64,000 nt of DNA from Octopus bimaculoides (Eukaryota): positions 39,140,694-39,204,693 of the forward strand of contig NC_068991.1 of NCBI RefSeq assembly GCF_001194135.2, written 5' to 3'. Made by a program: the position numbers and the translations under genes. Shown here in pieces: positions 37,861 to 51,988 of the stretch; position 1 is the stretch's first letter; every line of letters begins with the position of its first letter. Under the pieces are notes generated by a model. That model made no database searches and was not told the DNA's origin. It was given only the letters and a program-made list of their open reading frames with translations.

Positions 37861-39067
37861 CCTTTCTACTAAAGCACAAGGCCTGAAATTTGTGGGGAGG
37901 GGACTAAGTGATTACATTGACCCCAGTACTCCACTGGTACTTAATTTATTGACCCCGAAAGGATGAACAGCAAAGTTGCTAATAATAATAATAATAATAA
38001 TAATGATTTCAATGCAGAACTTGATTGGTACTTTATTTTATCAACCTCCACAAAAGGTTCTAAGGCAAAGTTGACCTCATACCTCATTGAGATTTGAACA
38101 CAAAACCTACATGGCCAGAGCAAATGCTGCAAGGTATTTTTTACCAGCACTCTAATTATTCTGCCTGTTCACTGCCCTTTATAATAATGGTATTAAATGT
38201 AGGCACAAGGTCAGTAATTTCTAAAAGAAGAGGGTCAGTCAATACCATCAACTCCGGTACTAGACTGGTACTTTATCAACCCCAGAAACATAAAAGGCAA
38301 AGATGTCCTCTGAGATTTGAACTCAGAACATAAGGAGCCTGAAGAATACCACAAAGCATTTTCCCAAATGCTAATAATGATGATGATGATGATGATGATC
38401 AACCACCTATGTAAGGAAGTTTTAGCCCATCGTAGAAGGATGGCACAAATGGATTAATCTCTGAGGTGAGATTCTGAAGGAATTTCTTAATGCATTATAT
38501 TTCACATGAATTCTAAATTTTACTTTGAAATAACATTTTGTGGATATATTTGTTTCCAATAAATTATCCAGCAGATGTCTTTTTACTCTTTCTATTCAAA
38601 ATATCAAATTACACAATGCTTTTACATTATTATTTCAGTTTTATTATAATAATAATAATAATGGTTTCTCATTTATGCATATGGCTAAAAATTTTGAGAA
38701 GAGTAAGACAGTCAACTAACTCAACCCCAGGATTTAACTGGTATCATTTATAAACCACCAAAGGATGAAGAGTAAAGTTGACACCAGAAAGATTTGAATT
38801 AAGAAATTAAAAAGTCAGAACAAATGCCACAATACATTTAGTTTAAAATTCTTAACAATTCTGCCAACCCACTGCTAATAAAAATAATAATAATGATAAT
38901 TGGCTGTGTGGTTAGAAGCTTGCTTCCCAACCACATGGTTCTGGATTCAGTTCCGCTGCATGACACCTTGGGCAAGTTTCTTCTACTATAGCCTCAGGCC
39001 GACCAAAGTCTTGTCAGTGGATTTGGTAGACGGAAACTGAAATAAGTCCATCATATATGTGTGTATA

Positions 39068-39113
<46 letters not shown>

Positions 39114-41243
39114 TTATATTCTTTCATTTGTTTTAGTCATTTGACTGCAGCCATGCTGGAGCACCACCTTTAGTCGAACAAATCGATCCCGGGACTTATT
39201 CTTTGAAAGCCTAGTGCTTATTCTACTATCTCTTTTGCTGAACCGCTAAAATACAGGGATGTAAACACACCAACATTGGTGTCAAGCAATAGCAGGGGCA
39301 CAAACACAGACACATATGCGTATATATATATATATATATACACACACATATATATGATGGGCTTCTTTCAGTTTGCATCTACCAAATCCACTTACAAGGC
39401 TTTGGACAGCCTGAGGCTATAGTAGAAGACACTTGCCCCAAGGTGCCACACACTGGGACTGAACCTGGAACCATGTGATTGGGAAGCAAGCTTCTTACCA
39501 CACAGCCACTCCTGTGCTGTATATACACAGGGTTGGTCAAATGTCACCCAAAAGTAAATCAAAATTCAATAAATACATAATATTCAATTTTATTTATTCA
39601 TTCCAATTATGAAGTCGTTCAAGGACTTCAGTTTGAACAATTTTCATGATGTTTCATATCTAGATGCTTCTATTAAATTCATTCAGTTGTTAAACATAAA
39701 TAAATCTTGCAATTAAATGGCTTTGATTTACTGTCAGATGACTTTTGGCCAACCTTGTATATATAAGTATATATTTATGTGTGTGTGTATGTTGTGTCTG
39801 TGTTTGCCTCCCCCCATCTGTCACCATCATTTGACAACCGATGTTGGTGTGTTTACGTCTCCATAACTTAGCGGTTCGGCAGATGAAACCGTAAGAATAA
39901 GCACCAGGCTTACAAAGAATAAGTCCAGAGGTCAATTTCTTCGATTAAAAGGTGGTGCTCCAGCATGGACACAGTCAAATGACTGAAACAAGTGAAAGAA
40001 TAAAAGAATAATAATAGTATGCCCTGATGTAGTACCAAGAAGTGGCTCTCATGACTTCTAATCTTAACTGATTGGAAGTGTTATCATGTCTTGGTATAAA
40101 AAGATGGGCTACAGTAAATATTTTGCTCAAAACCACAGATTTGCTTGTCAGTTGATTGACCTTCACCAAGTGAGCATGTTCGTTAGTGGCTGACGATATG
40201 TGCATCTCTGATCATGAGCAGGAGTAGTGGGGAAGCATTATAGCCAGGTGTTGAGAGGAATTCCTTGGTGTTTGAATAATTTAACTCTGGAAACATGGGT
40301 GTTTTGTTCATCACCCTTAAACAACCCTCGTTCAAGGACCTTTTGAGTGGGATGAGCTACTCAACCTGAAGAAAATTCTAATAGGGCCCCCGCTTGTCTC
40401 TTTGATGGCATGCGCTGCTCTCTCACTCAATAATAATAATAACAATAATAATAATAAAATAAGAATGGTTTCAAATTTTGCTACAATGGCAGCAACTTTG
40501 CGAGAGGGGATGAGTTGATTACATGGACACTAGTGTTTAACTAGTACTTATTTTATTGACTCTGAAAAGTTGGAAAGCAAAGTCGACCTTGGCGGAATTT
40601 GAACTCAGAATGTAGCAACAGGCTAAATACTACTAGGCATTTCGTCCAGTGCACTAATGATTCTGCCTTAATAAAAATAATGACAATAATGACAATAATG
40701 ACCAACCATTATGCAATATAGTGTCAATAATTCAGAACAATTATTCAAGAAAGTTTTGTCAGAAGAGTAATAGTAGTAGTAATCTACAACAGAGTACATT
40801 GCCACTACCACTGTTACACAGAAAGAAAACAACTGTTGTCCAACTTACTTTCTCAATGGTCAAAATGATCTGACCCTTTTGTTGGGAAGCTTTGAATGTA
40901 TCTGAAAGAAAGAATACAGAGTGATAATATTGAGAAAATATATATATATATAATGGGGATACGAAGTAGTGGTGTACATATATCAGATTTACACTTAAGA
41001 CACTCGTACCAGTGACACGTAAAAGGTACTCATGCCAGTCTTACATCAGAGGCACCAGTGCCAGTGACACATTAAGAGCACCTATACCAGTGGCATGTTA
41101 AAGACAGCATGGGAAACAGATGCTAAATGATGATGATGATGGACAAGCCAACGATTGAGCTTTCACATATCCAGTTGATATACAAAAAATATTTGATGAC
41201 TGCAATCAAATTTCACCCTACTGCCTTCATAAGAGGAAGAACA

Positions 41244-41335
<92 letters not shown>

Positions 41336-44300
41336 GAACAGTCATGGTCAGAATAGTTTTGATCAAGGCACCCCTACCACATCAACATCTGAGGCTTCAT
41401 AGGGTATCAGATCAAAGGACAAGCAATGCTTTAGTCCTGTTAAAATTTATCTGCACCAAGTTGGTTATACTTCTACAATACACAAAATATTTTAACAATT
41501 TTTGGGGACAAGTGAAATTGTAATTGAACCATACTCGATGACTGGTCACCGCGCCAGTGGAGCACTAACAGCACTGTCGAGCATGTTCATTGCCAGAGCA
41601 GCTGTCTGGCTTCCGTGCTAGTGACCCGTAAATAGCACCATTAGAACGTAATCGTTACCAGCGTTGCTTTATAGCACTTGTGCTGGTGGCACGTTAGAAA
41701 ATCATTTGAGCGAGGTCGTTGCCAGTGCTGCTGGACTGGCTCCTGTGCAGGTGGCACGTAAAAAACATCTTTTTGAGCATGGCCATTGTCAGCACAGTGT
41801 GACTGGCCCTCGTGCCGGTGGTACGTAAAAGCACCCACTACACTCTCGGAGTGGTTGGCGTTAGGAAGGGCATCCAGCTGTAGAAACTCTGCCAGATCAG
41901 ATTGGAGCCTGGTGCAGCCAGTCCTCAGTCAAATCGTCCAATCCATGCTAGCATGGAAAGCGGACGTTAAATGATGATGATGATGATGAATTCCTTATAA
42001 TATTTAATTAGAAAAATATAAAATGATTTTTTAGATATTGAATGGCTAGGAAGATACATCCAAGTAAAATTGGAATTAAAGGGGTCATAGGTAAAAAATA
42101 GTTGAAAAACACTGTTTTATATCATTAAACATGGCTGTAACGCAACATCCAGTAGCCTTAGCTTTAACATCAATAGCTGTGGGGAAGAAAGTGCGATAGT
42201 TTTGGGAAAGCAAGTATGGGAGTTGTGGGGAAGGGAGAGTGATAGCTGTGGGAAGAATGTGTGAGTCATAGAAGACTATGTATATTCATATATGTGTGCA
42301 TATGGTTGTGTGCATGTATTTGTAAACCTGTATATGTATACTCACACACATCCTTGAAAATATATAAATTTGCAAAAAAGCTTATCCAACATGTAAAACA
42401 GTAAAGACAAGGAATAAAAGAAAACCATTGGCACAAGTGCCTTTTACATGTCACTGGCAAGGGTAAAAGACACCTGTGCTGGTGACACATTAAGGGTATC
42501 CGTGCCGGTGACACTGTTACAAGCACCCATGCTGGTGACACATTAAAGGCTCCCCATGCCAACAACATGTTAAAGGCACCCAGTACACTCTATAGAGTGG
42601 TTAGCATTAGGAAAGAGATCCAGCCATAGAAACCAAGGCAGAGCTGACTGGAGCCTGGTGCAGCTCTCCAGCTTACCAATTCCAGTCAAACTATCTAACC
42701 CATGCCAGCATGGAAAATGGATACTAAATGATGATGATGATGATATCTGAAAAACTGATGGAGTGAGTAAAGAATATACTTGTAGCAGAAACAGTAACAA
42801 CAGAAGACACTTACTAAAATGTTTCATCAAGTTGGTAACACAGAGGAGAAAACTATTCATGTTGACTGTCCAATCTTTGTCTACATAATGGAAGCAAAGT
42901 ATTCGATGGATGCTGGAACTCATTTTATAACCTGTCACATGAAGGAACAATAAAGAATTATTATATGAGCCAATCTGGTTATATGAGATGAAAGACAGAA
43001 GCAGCAGCCAAACTACCCTCTACTCCATACTATCTTAACAAAGAAGATAGAATGGTTGCAGAGGGAATTCCTTTCCACATCAACAGAACAATCACAATTT
43101 TACTTTATCAGACTGGAGGCTGGTGCAGCCTTCTGGCTTGCCAGTCCTCAGTCAAACCGTCCAACCCATGCCAGCATGGAAAGCAGACGTTAAAATATTA
43201 TGATGAGTCACTGATTGTACGATTTATATTTAACCATTGTCATCATCATCACCATTTAACATCCATTTTCCATGCTGGCATGGGTTAGACAGTTTGATAG
43301 GAGTTGAAGAACTACCCATGTCTGTTTTGGTATGGTTCCTATGGCTGGATGCCCTTTCTAATGCCAATCACTTTACAGAGTATACTGGATGCTTTTACAG
43401 AGCACCGGCATGAGTGCTTTTACATGCTGGTGCCACATAAAAGCACCCATGCCAATAGCATGTAAAAAGCACCCAGCACACTCTGTAAAGTGGTTGGTCT
43501 TAGGAAGAGCATCCAGCTATAGAAACCATACCAAAACAAACATGGACCCTGGAAAGCTCTTCAGCTGGCCAGCTCCTGTCAAACTGTCCACCCCATGCCA
43601 GCATAGAAAATGGATGATGATGGTTAAATATAAATCTTACAATTACAGCAAACACTATGTTTGTTAACACATTTTATTTTAATGTACTTAATGTGCTATA
43701 TAGTATAAGTAAATGTGATTTGTTTAGCTCTTCTATAAACCAGATAAATCTTCTCTTAGAGAGGATACATATCTCAAGTAACATACATAGATGACAGCCA
43801 GACGAAGTGAGATATGCAGAATGAGATTTACTAAGTAAATATACAATGAAACACCTATAATAGATCTGAGTTCAAGATCTTTGAGCTAATAGTAGTCTAA
43901 TACTATGTCTATTCAGCCATTTCCCTAGTATTATGTCCTGCTCTTGGAAATAGAAATGTATGGACTGAATTATTGGGAGCTTGATCTAAGTGCTACTAAT
44001 GTAGTCATCAATAACAATGTATAAGGGATAAGGTTTCATTAACTTGCCCTAAATTTGCCCATGGAACACCACATTAGAGATGGCTACAAGCAGGTTTATC
44101 ATTTTTGAATATTGCATCATTTCACTTGGAAGTATGGGAATAATCAATTAAAACGAGTTGAAAAGGTCTGAAAATTTGAATATTGGAGGGAATCTTCGCC
44201 CCAGAGTTGACTGATACCTTCCATTTCTGATGATAAACTACACCAAAACAGCAATATAATAGTAATAGCTGTTTTTTAGTTAGGTTAACAAGTAATGTGG

Positions 44301-47300
44301 CTTGTCCAATACCTCTGGCAGAATATTTATGACAGAGTAATGCTAAAAGGTTAAGACTTCTATTAGAGATAATTCTTCCTCTAGATATAAAATAAAATGG
44401 ATACTAAAAAATAGCATAACAGGGGTGAAATAACTGAGTGGAAACTATATTAGACTGTTTAATTAGTATGTCTTTTGACAGGACACTGTAGTTAATACTG
44501 GTTCTATGGAGCTCTTTGGCTTGTGAAAGCATTAAATAACTTATATGGAACTTATTGTCAGTGGTATGGTGCTGCATTGCATTGAATAAAGCCCTGTGAA
44601 GTTGTGCATCAAAATTAAATATGCTCAGGTGTATATGTAATATAATAACAATGGACTTAATGTATACAATGCTCAGGTGTACTACAACTCATCAGGAATG
44701 GTAGCCAAAATTGCAAGTACAATACACAGAAAGTAAACAGTGAATGAAGGGCAGGGAGGACATCAGGTGTACTATTAGTGAATTTCAAGAAGCATGGAAG
44801 TTTTGAAAGATGCAGTGTCCTGATAGCTAACAATTGAAATGAGTAGTTTATTCCATGCTTCAGTGATTTTGAGAGTGGAGAAATATTTCTGAAAGTTATG
44901 GGTGCTGTGTTGTTTTGTGATTTTGTAAGGATGTCCACAAGTGTTTGACATATGGAATTCAAAAAGGCACTGAAAGTTGTTTTCAGAAAGATGATGGGTA
45001 ATTTTGTGGGTATTTTCCAAGTCAGTTGCTTGGGAAGCAAGATGTTCAGAGCATGGTAGATGCCTGAAGGTAGGTATTCATCTGGTTGCACATTTCTAAA
45101 TTTCTAAGCAATTTCCAGGAGATTCATATCTTGAGCAAGATAAGGGTTCCAGACTGGTGATACAAATTCTAAGTGTGGATGTACCATAGCCATATTAAGT
45201 TTTAAATAGCTGAAGAGCAGCTGACAAAGGTTTTACTGAGTGATGCTAAGATACCCTCAGCCTTCTTGACAATTTTAGAAACAAGGTTTGTCAACACTGT
45301 TAACTATAATATCCAGGTCACCTTCACTAGTAGACTTATGAAGTTGTGAAATAAGATTAAATGAGTTGAGGAAGTAATTGAGGGAAAAGCGTTGGTTAAT
45401 AAAAACAAGAAGCTGTTGTGAAATCAACTCCATGACAATATATAAAGGCCCCATAATTTACAAGTTTGCAACAGTGAGAACTTACCAGTAGCAGTGATTG
45501 CACGTTGGAGTTCAAAAGAGTTTAGAGAACCAGTTTTATTGGCATCAAATGTTTGGAAAATTCTCTGGTAATAGAAATGAAATGTAATGAAGAATTGTAT
45601 TACAATTTGCACAAGAGTGGAGTTGAGAATAAGCTACAGGCAAACACTTGTTAAAATACCAGAATTTGCCGGTCATCTCAGAATGGAAAAAAATCAATGC
45701 AAATGTAATTTACAAACATGTAATTTATATAATACATAAACATGTAGAGATATTGGTACCAAGTATTTGATTAACTCAAAGAGTATTAGATTGACATGGT
45801 GAAATGCATCTTGGTTGAGGCAGCTTAAGAATGACCTTCAAACCGTAATGTCTGTTAGGTTTCATAATAACGAGAAAAATGCTTTTCTGAAACTTTATTG
45901 ACGTTATTAAAACTTGAAATAATACCCCACCCATGTCATGAGGAAATTATGGCATCAACAATGCCATAGGTTTGCTCAATGTAGCAATACAGACAAATTT
46001 TCCCCAACAAACTCCATATAAAGTTTAAAATGGAAACTTCATATTTAAAGAGTTAAAATTTTATCACAGCACCCACTCTCATTAAATAATGATTGAAATG
46101 TTTATTTGCTGAGATATTTCTATACTTTGACCTGTTCAAGCAGAATTAATCAAAAGATGGAGTAAACCATCAAGCAGCAATACCATTAATACAGATCTGC
46201 CAGGTAGCATGTTCTCTTCTAACATGGTTGGCTGTTGATGTTGTTATTGTGACATTTCAGTATTGTTACAGACTGATTGCAAGATACTCCTGAAGTCTAA
46301 AAACAGTGCAGGTAGGAATTCAAGGAGTTTACCTAAAAAAGATAATACATAATAAAATGCCTTTGTCCAGTAAGCAGCCAGCCACCATCCTCTACTCTAT
46401 AAGATATATCCACTTCCTTTGTAAATATAAGGATACATGTCCAATAAAAAGGCTGCAACATGAATACACAGAGGTATAGTGAACATACAAAACAACAGAG
46501 GGAAGATGAGAGCAAACTTGTCTCCTTGACATATCGAACCATAACAAAAGTAAATGAACAAGGAATAATTGCAATGAAACTGGGAAAAAAAAGAAATGTA
46601 AGAAATATTTGGGAAACAATAAAAGCATCGAAAAGCTGGAATATTTACCCGCCATGCAAGAATATAACTCCATAAAACAAGGAATTCTGAAAAGCCAATC
46701 TTTCCAGAATTGTTTGTCTGAGAAAAAGAGTTAAGGATTTTGGTACTTGAAACAGATCATGAATGGTATTTTGATGTTTGTAGAAGAGGGGGCTTTGGAA
46801 GATCATAGAGAAGTTCAGCTGCCTAGATAAATTTATTGGCATGGTGTGACAGTTCCATGATGGCATGCTCACTTGAGTACTGGACAGTGGAGATTCTTCC
46901 AATGCATTCTCAGTCACTAACAGAGTCAAGCAGGGCTGTGTACTTGCACCTATGCTGTTTGACATGATGTTCTCAACCATACTGTCAAATGCCTCTTGTA
47001 ACAACAATGAAATCAGCATCAAGATCAGATTCAAGCTGATGGCAAACTCCTCAACCTGCAGAGGCTACAGGCCAAGACCAAGGTGGAAGAGGACTCAGTG
47101 AGCAACTTCCTGTTTGCAGATGACTGCACATTCAATGTCGCTACAGAAGCCTTGATGCAGCAGAGCATGAAGTGCTTTTCTACTGCCTGCAGCAACTTTG
47201 GCCTAACAATCAGTACTTGGAAGACAGAGGTCATACACTAACCTACCACACAGAAGAATATGGAACCAGCTATCATTGGTGAAGGGGAAACTTGAAGATT

Positions 47301-50300
47301 GTGGATAAGTACCTTGGTGGCACACTTTCCAGATCTGTGAACATTGACAATGAAGTTGATACACGCACTGCCAAGGGAAGTTCAATATTCTGGCAGCTAT
47401 GTGAATTAGTGTGGGAAAGGAGAGATATTAGGTCTCCAAGTTGAAGGTGTACCAAGCAGTTGTACTACCTATGCTACCGTATACCTGCAAGACTTAGGCA
47501 GTTTATGAATGCTACGCCAAAAAGCTAAATAGCTTCCACATGAACTGCCTGAGAAGGCTGTTGAAAATCACCAGGTGAGACAAGGTCCCAGACACAGAGG
47601 TCCTCACTTGAGGTGATCTACTAAGCATTTATATACTGTTGAGGAGAGCACAAGTCAGGTGGGGAGATTACCTTGTTTGAATGCCTAACACATGACTCCC
47701 CAAGAGACTGTTTTACCATGAACTGCTGAAAAGCAAGCACATGCAGGGTGGACAGAAAAAGTGCTTCTTGGATACACTCAAGAGCCTTGAGATCAACCCT
47801 GACACCTGGAAAATTCAAGTGTAAGACTGCACTGCCAGGCAAATCTACACCAACAGAGGTGTCACCTCCTATGAACAGAACTGGATTGCAGGGGCACAAA
47901 GAAGATACAAACTGCACAATTCCAGAGCTTACTTCTTCCTCTTCAGTCCCAGCAGACCACCAGTGCCCAACCTACAGAAGAGCCTTCTAAGAATACATTG
48001 GACTGATTGGTCATAGCCAGATACATGCCCTGACTTCTCCCATATTATGTCTTTGGTCATCATAGACGACAAATTAATAATAAATAGAAAAGCATGGCTG
48101 GGGGAGTTAACAGGAGTCTTGATAAACAGCTGAGAGCTTAGTGATTTGTATTTTATTAATGTTATGATGTGCCCATGACCAAGACATTTAGTTCTACGTA
48201 AACCCAGCTCATTTAGATGCTCAGAGGTACAACAACAAATATTTTAATTCACAACTGTAAGTAGAAGCATCATTATAAAATTGGATCTATGGGCCTTCAG
48301 TATGTTCATTGTAATAATGGTTATCTGCAACAGACTGGCATCTTATAGGATAAAATTCATCTTGTCTGATTAATGATACAAACTAGATATGAGCAGAAGT
48401 CTATAAAAGGAATAATGGTTTCAAATTTTGATACAAGGCCAGCACTTTTGAGAGAGAGGAAGTGGAAATTGATTACATTGATTCCAGTGCTCATTTGGTA
48501 CTTATTTTATCAACTCTGGAAGGATGAAAGACAAAGTCAACTTCAGCAGCAACTGAACTCAGAATGTAAAGAGTCAGAAGAAATGCTGCTAAGCATTTTG
48601 TCCAACATAATGATTCTATCAGCTTGCCACCTTGGAAATAACAATGATGTTAGTAGTCTGAAGGCAGGCATTATTGTGGGTCAGTCCATAATAATAAACT
48701 GGAAAGAAGTTGTTGTATGATCACATTTCTGTTGCCAAAATTATAACTGAAATTGAACTCACAAAAACTATGAAATAAAGTTTTCTTTTAACTAGGTACA
48801 AGTGAATTTTCATAAGAAACTTGAAAGAGTCAAATGTATTGCATATTATCAGCTTCTTAAATTTTATCGACCCTAGATGGTTGAAAGACATAGTTGCGTC
48901 CTCGTCTTGTCATTGTGTGAAAGTTATAATCAAGTGTCATCATACAAGCAATGTCATTCACATCCAATCTTCCATGAAAACATGCCCATCATCATCACAC
49001 ATCTGTTTTTCATGCTGTCATGAGTTGGATGATTTGACTGGAGTTGGTAAGGCCAGGGGTTGTACCAGGCTCAATTATCGGTTCTGGCATGGTTTCTATG
49101 GATGGATGCCCTTTCTAATGCCAGCCACTGCACAGTGTGTTCTGGGTACTCTTTATGTGGCATCAGCACTGGTATCAATTCTGCTGTGGTGGACAGGTCT
49201 TCTTGAGTACAGCAATGCACCAGATATCTCAGTTCTTTGTCATCTCCTTTGTAAGGCTCAGTATCTTGAGATCTGCCTTCAATATTTTATTCCATGTCTT
49301 CCTGGGTCCCCTGCTTCCACAAATCCATCCACTTTAAGTAACTGGTGCTTTTGTATGCAACTGTCAACATTCATAAGTTTCACATGCAAACCAGCACAAT
49401 CTTCTCTCTTGCACACTGCATTTAATTCCTGTTATGCCCAACTTCTTCCTCAATTGGAGAACTATCATCTTGTCTGGAAACAAGTGAGGGATGGAGACAA
49501 GAAGGATATCCAACTGTAGAAAATTTGCCTCAACAACTTCTGTTGTTCTCATACAAGAATGGAAAAGTGTACCTTAAAACAATGACGAGGAAGATGACGA
49601 AATGATGATGATTTAGTTTGGCGCCCCCTAACATTTCTGCCAACTTGCAATGACAAATAAATATTGTATGAAAGGATACATCCATGAGAAAGACAAAATT
49701 CTTGCATGTATCCAAGCCAGTGTAGTGATAAGGGCTATCTGAAATACACAGTAAAAAAAAAGAAAGTAAACTAATATTTAAAGAATAAAAGAATACAAAT
49801 ATTAAAGCTAAAATGCTATCTTTGATCCCAAACCAAAGATCAATCTAGCTATGAAATAATGTGCCAATTTCTCAAGTGAAGAGGCAATTTATATTATACA
49901 TGTTTTTCTCTCCTTTATTTTCTACCGTTTAATTAAAAAATGGTTAAGTAGATCAGACAAGAATTCAAATACACTTGATAGTGTTTCATTGTGTTACTGG
50001 GGCTTCACACTTTATTTTTCATGATCTCAGTTCACCCAGGTACAGGTGAATATGCACCAGCTTATCTGGGAGTTACAGATCAGCGTCGTCTCCAAGAAGA
50101 AAAATTTATCTTTTGTATGCTTCTTGCTATGAAAACAAAACTACTCACTGGTCCTTGAGAGGAATATATATTGCTTGTGTTTATTCTAGTATATGCTTGA
50201 TAGACATGAGCTATGCAAATGCAGAAAGAAAAAAGACGGCAAAAGTAATTACAAAATGAAACACTGACTAACCATGTTTAAATTCTTCATCCAAGATATT

Positions 50301-51952
50301 GTGTAATTCAAAGGAATCAATTTCCATATCCTGTAAACATCAAAACAAACGCATCAAATAATTGTGTCTTAAGACACATGCAATCCATACCAGCATGAGA
50401 AAGCAAACATAAAAACATTGATGATGATAAGTGATTTCTAAAAACAGAAAAGCTTTAAATTATAATGGTTTCTTTTTAATCTAGCTATCTGTGTATGTAT
50501 CAGGCTGAATAAAAAGTAAGCAACATTTTGAAACGTGAATTTTATTACAATATATTTCAACAATACGGAAATTTTATTCATCAAAGTAAGTACCATTACA
50601 ATCAACACATTTTTGCCAACAAGTTACAAGTTTGTTTATTCCGATAACATAAAAATTTAGAGTTCTGAAGCTGATGAACTCTTTGAACGCACTTTCAGCA
50701 TCAGTTTTTCTAACTCCCCACGCAGGAAACCATCAAGGTGGTTGAAAAGTGGTAGTCGGTAGGAGAAAGGTCCGGGGAATAAGCTGGGTAGGGAAGAACT
50801 TTGTAGCCAGGTTCCCTCAACTTCTGGAGCGTCATTAGTGAAACCTGTGGTCGAGCATTGTCATAAAGAATGATTGGTCCTCTTCTGTTGACCAGTCTGG
50901 GATGGAGGAGTAGCAGTTTTTCATTCATTTTGGCAATTTCATGGCAATATGTTTCTGCAGTAATAGTTTTTCCAGGTTTTAAGAAGTTATAGTGGATGAG
51001 TCCAGCAGTACACCACCAAACAGTCATCATAACCTTCTTTTTCAAGAGCTCAGGTTTAGGGAAGGTTTTTGGTGCTTCATTTTGGTCCAAACACTGTGAA
51101 GAATCCACTTTTCATCACAAGTTACAATACGGTCAAGAAATGGATCGGTCTGGTTACGGAGAAGAAGCAATGAGCAAATTTCATATCTGTGCATTTTCTG
51201 ATTTTCATTCAAATCATGTGGTACCCATTTGTTGAGCTTTTTTGGTTTTCCGATTGCATGCAAACAGTTGCAGGCAGTTTTCTGGCTAACTTGAAGTTCT
51301 TTTGCCAGTTCTCAAGTGATTTTACGTGAATCTTTCTCAATGATCTTTAATTGACCGTCATCGATGACAGACGGGCGTCCACTACACTCACGATCTTCAA
51401 GGCTCAGGTCCCCACTGTGAAATTGTTTAAACCATTTTCGAGCTGACCACTCACTGGTCATTTCTTCACCAAACATTTCGTTAATATCGCGATCAGTTTC
51501 AGCTGCTTTACGTCCTTTTTGAAGTTGAATAGCAAAATTGCTCAAATATCCTGCTTTGACAGTTCCACTTCAGATGGTTGTAACAGTGAAAAAAATATCA
51601 ATGTTAATTTATTGATGCATTTGGGCAAGTCTATGTATTATCAGACAATTGCAAAAAAATGCTTAAAAAAATTCAAAACTTTGTAAAAATCTGTACAAAT
51701 TCTTCCGTGTTCAAAACATTGTTTACTTTTTACTCAACCTGATATATACATGCGTATGCAGTGTCACACAAACACACATTTATATATGTAGATGCTGGCG
51801 AGGCTGCATGATAAGAAGTTTGCTTTCCAACCACAAGGTTCTGTGATGAGTTCCACTGTGTGGCACCTCGAGCAAGTCTCTTCTACTATTGCCTTAAGCT
51901 GCCCAAAGCCTTATAAGTGGATTTGGTAGCCAGAAACTGAAAGAAACCCGTC

Positions 51953-51988
<36 letters not shown>

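Noticed and set aside
48821-49519. 232-aa ORF in the track
   Set aside because: It is a chance read-through of adjacent SINE, family D and antisense RTE pieces; no domain signature, non-ATG start.
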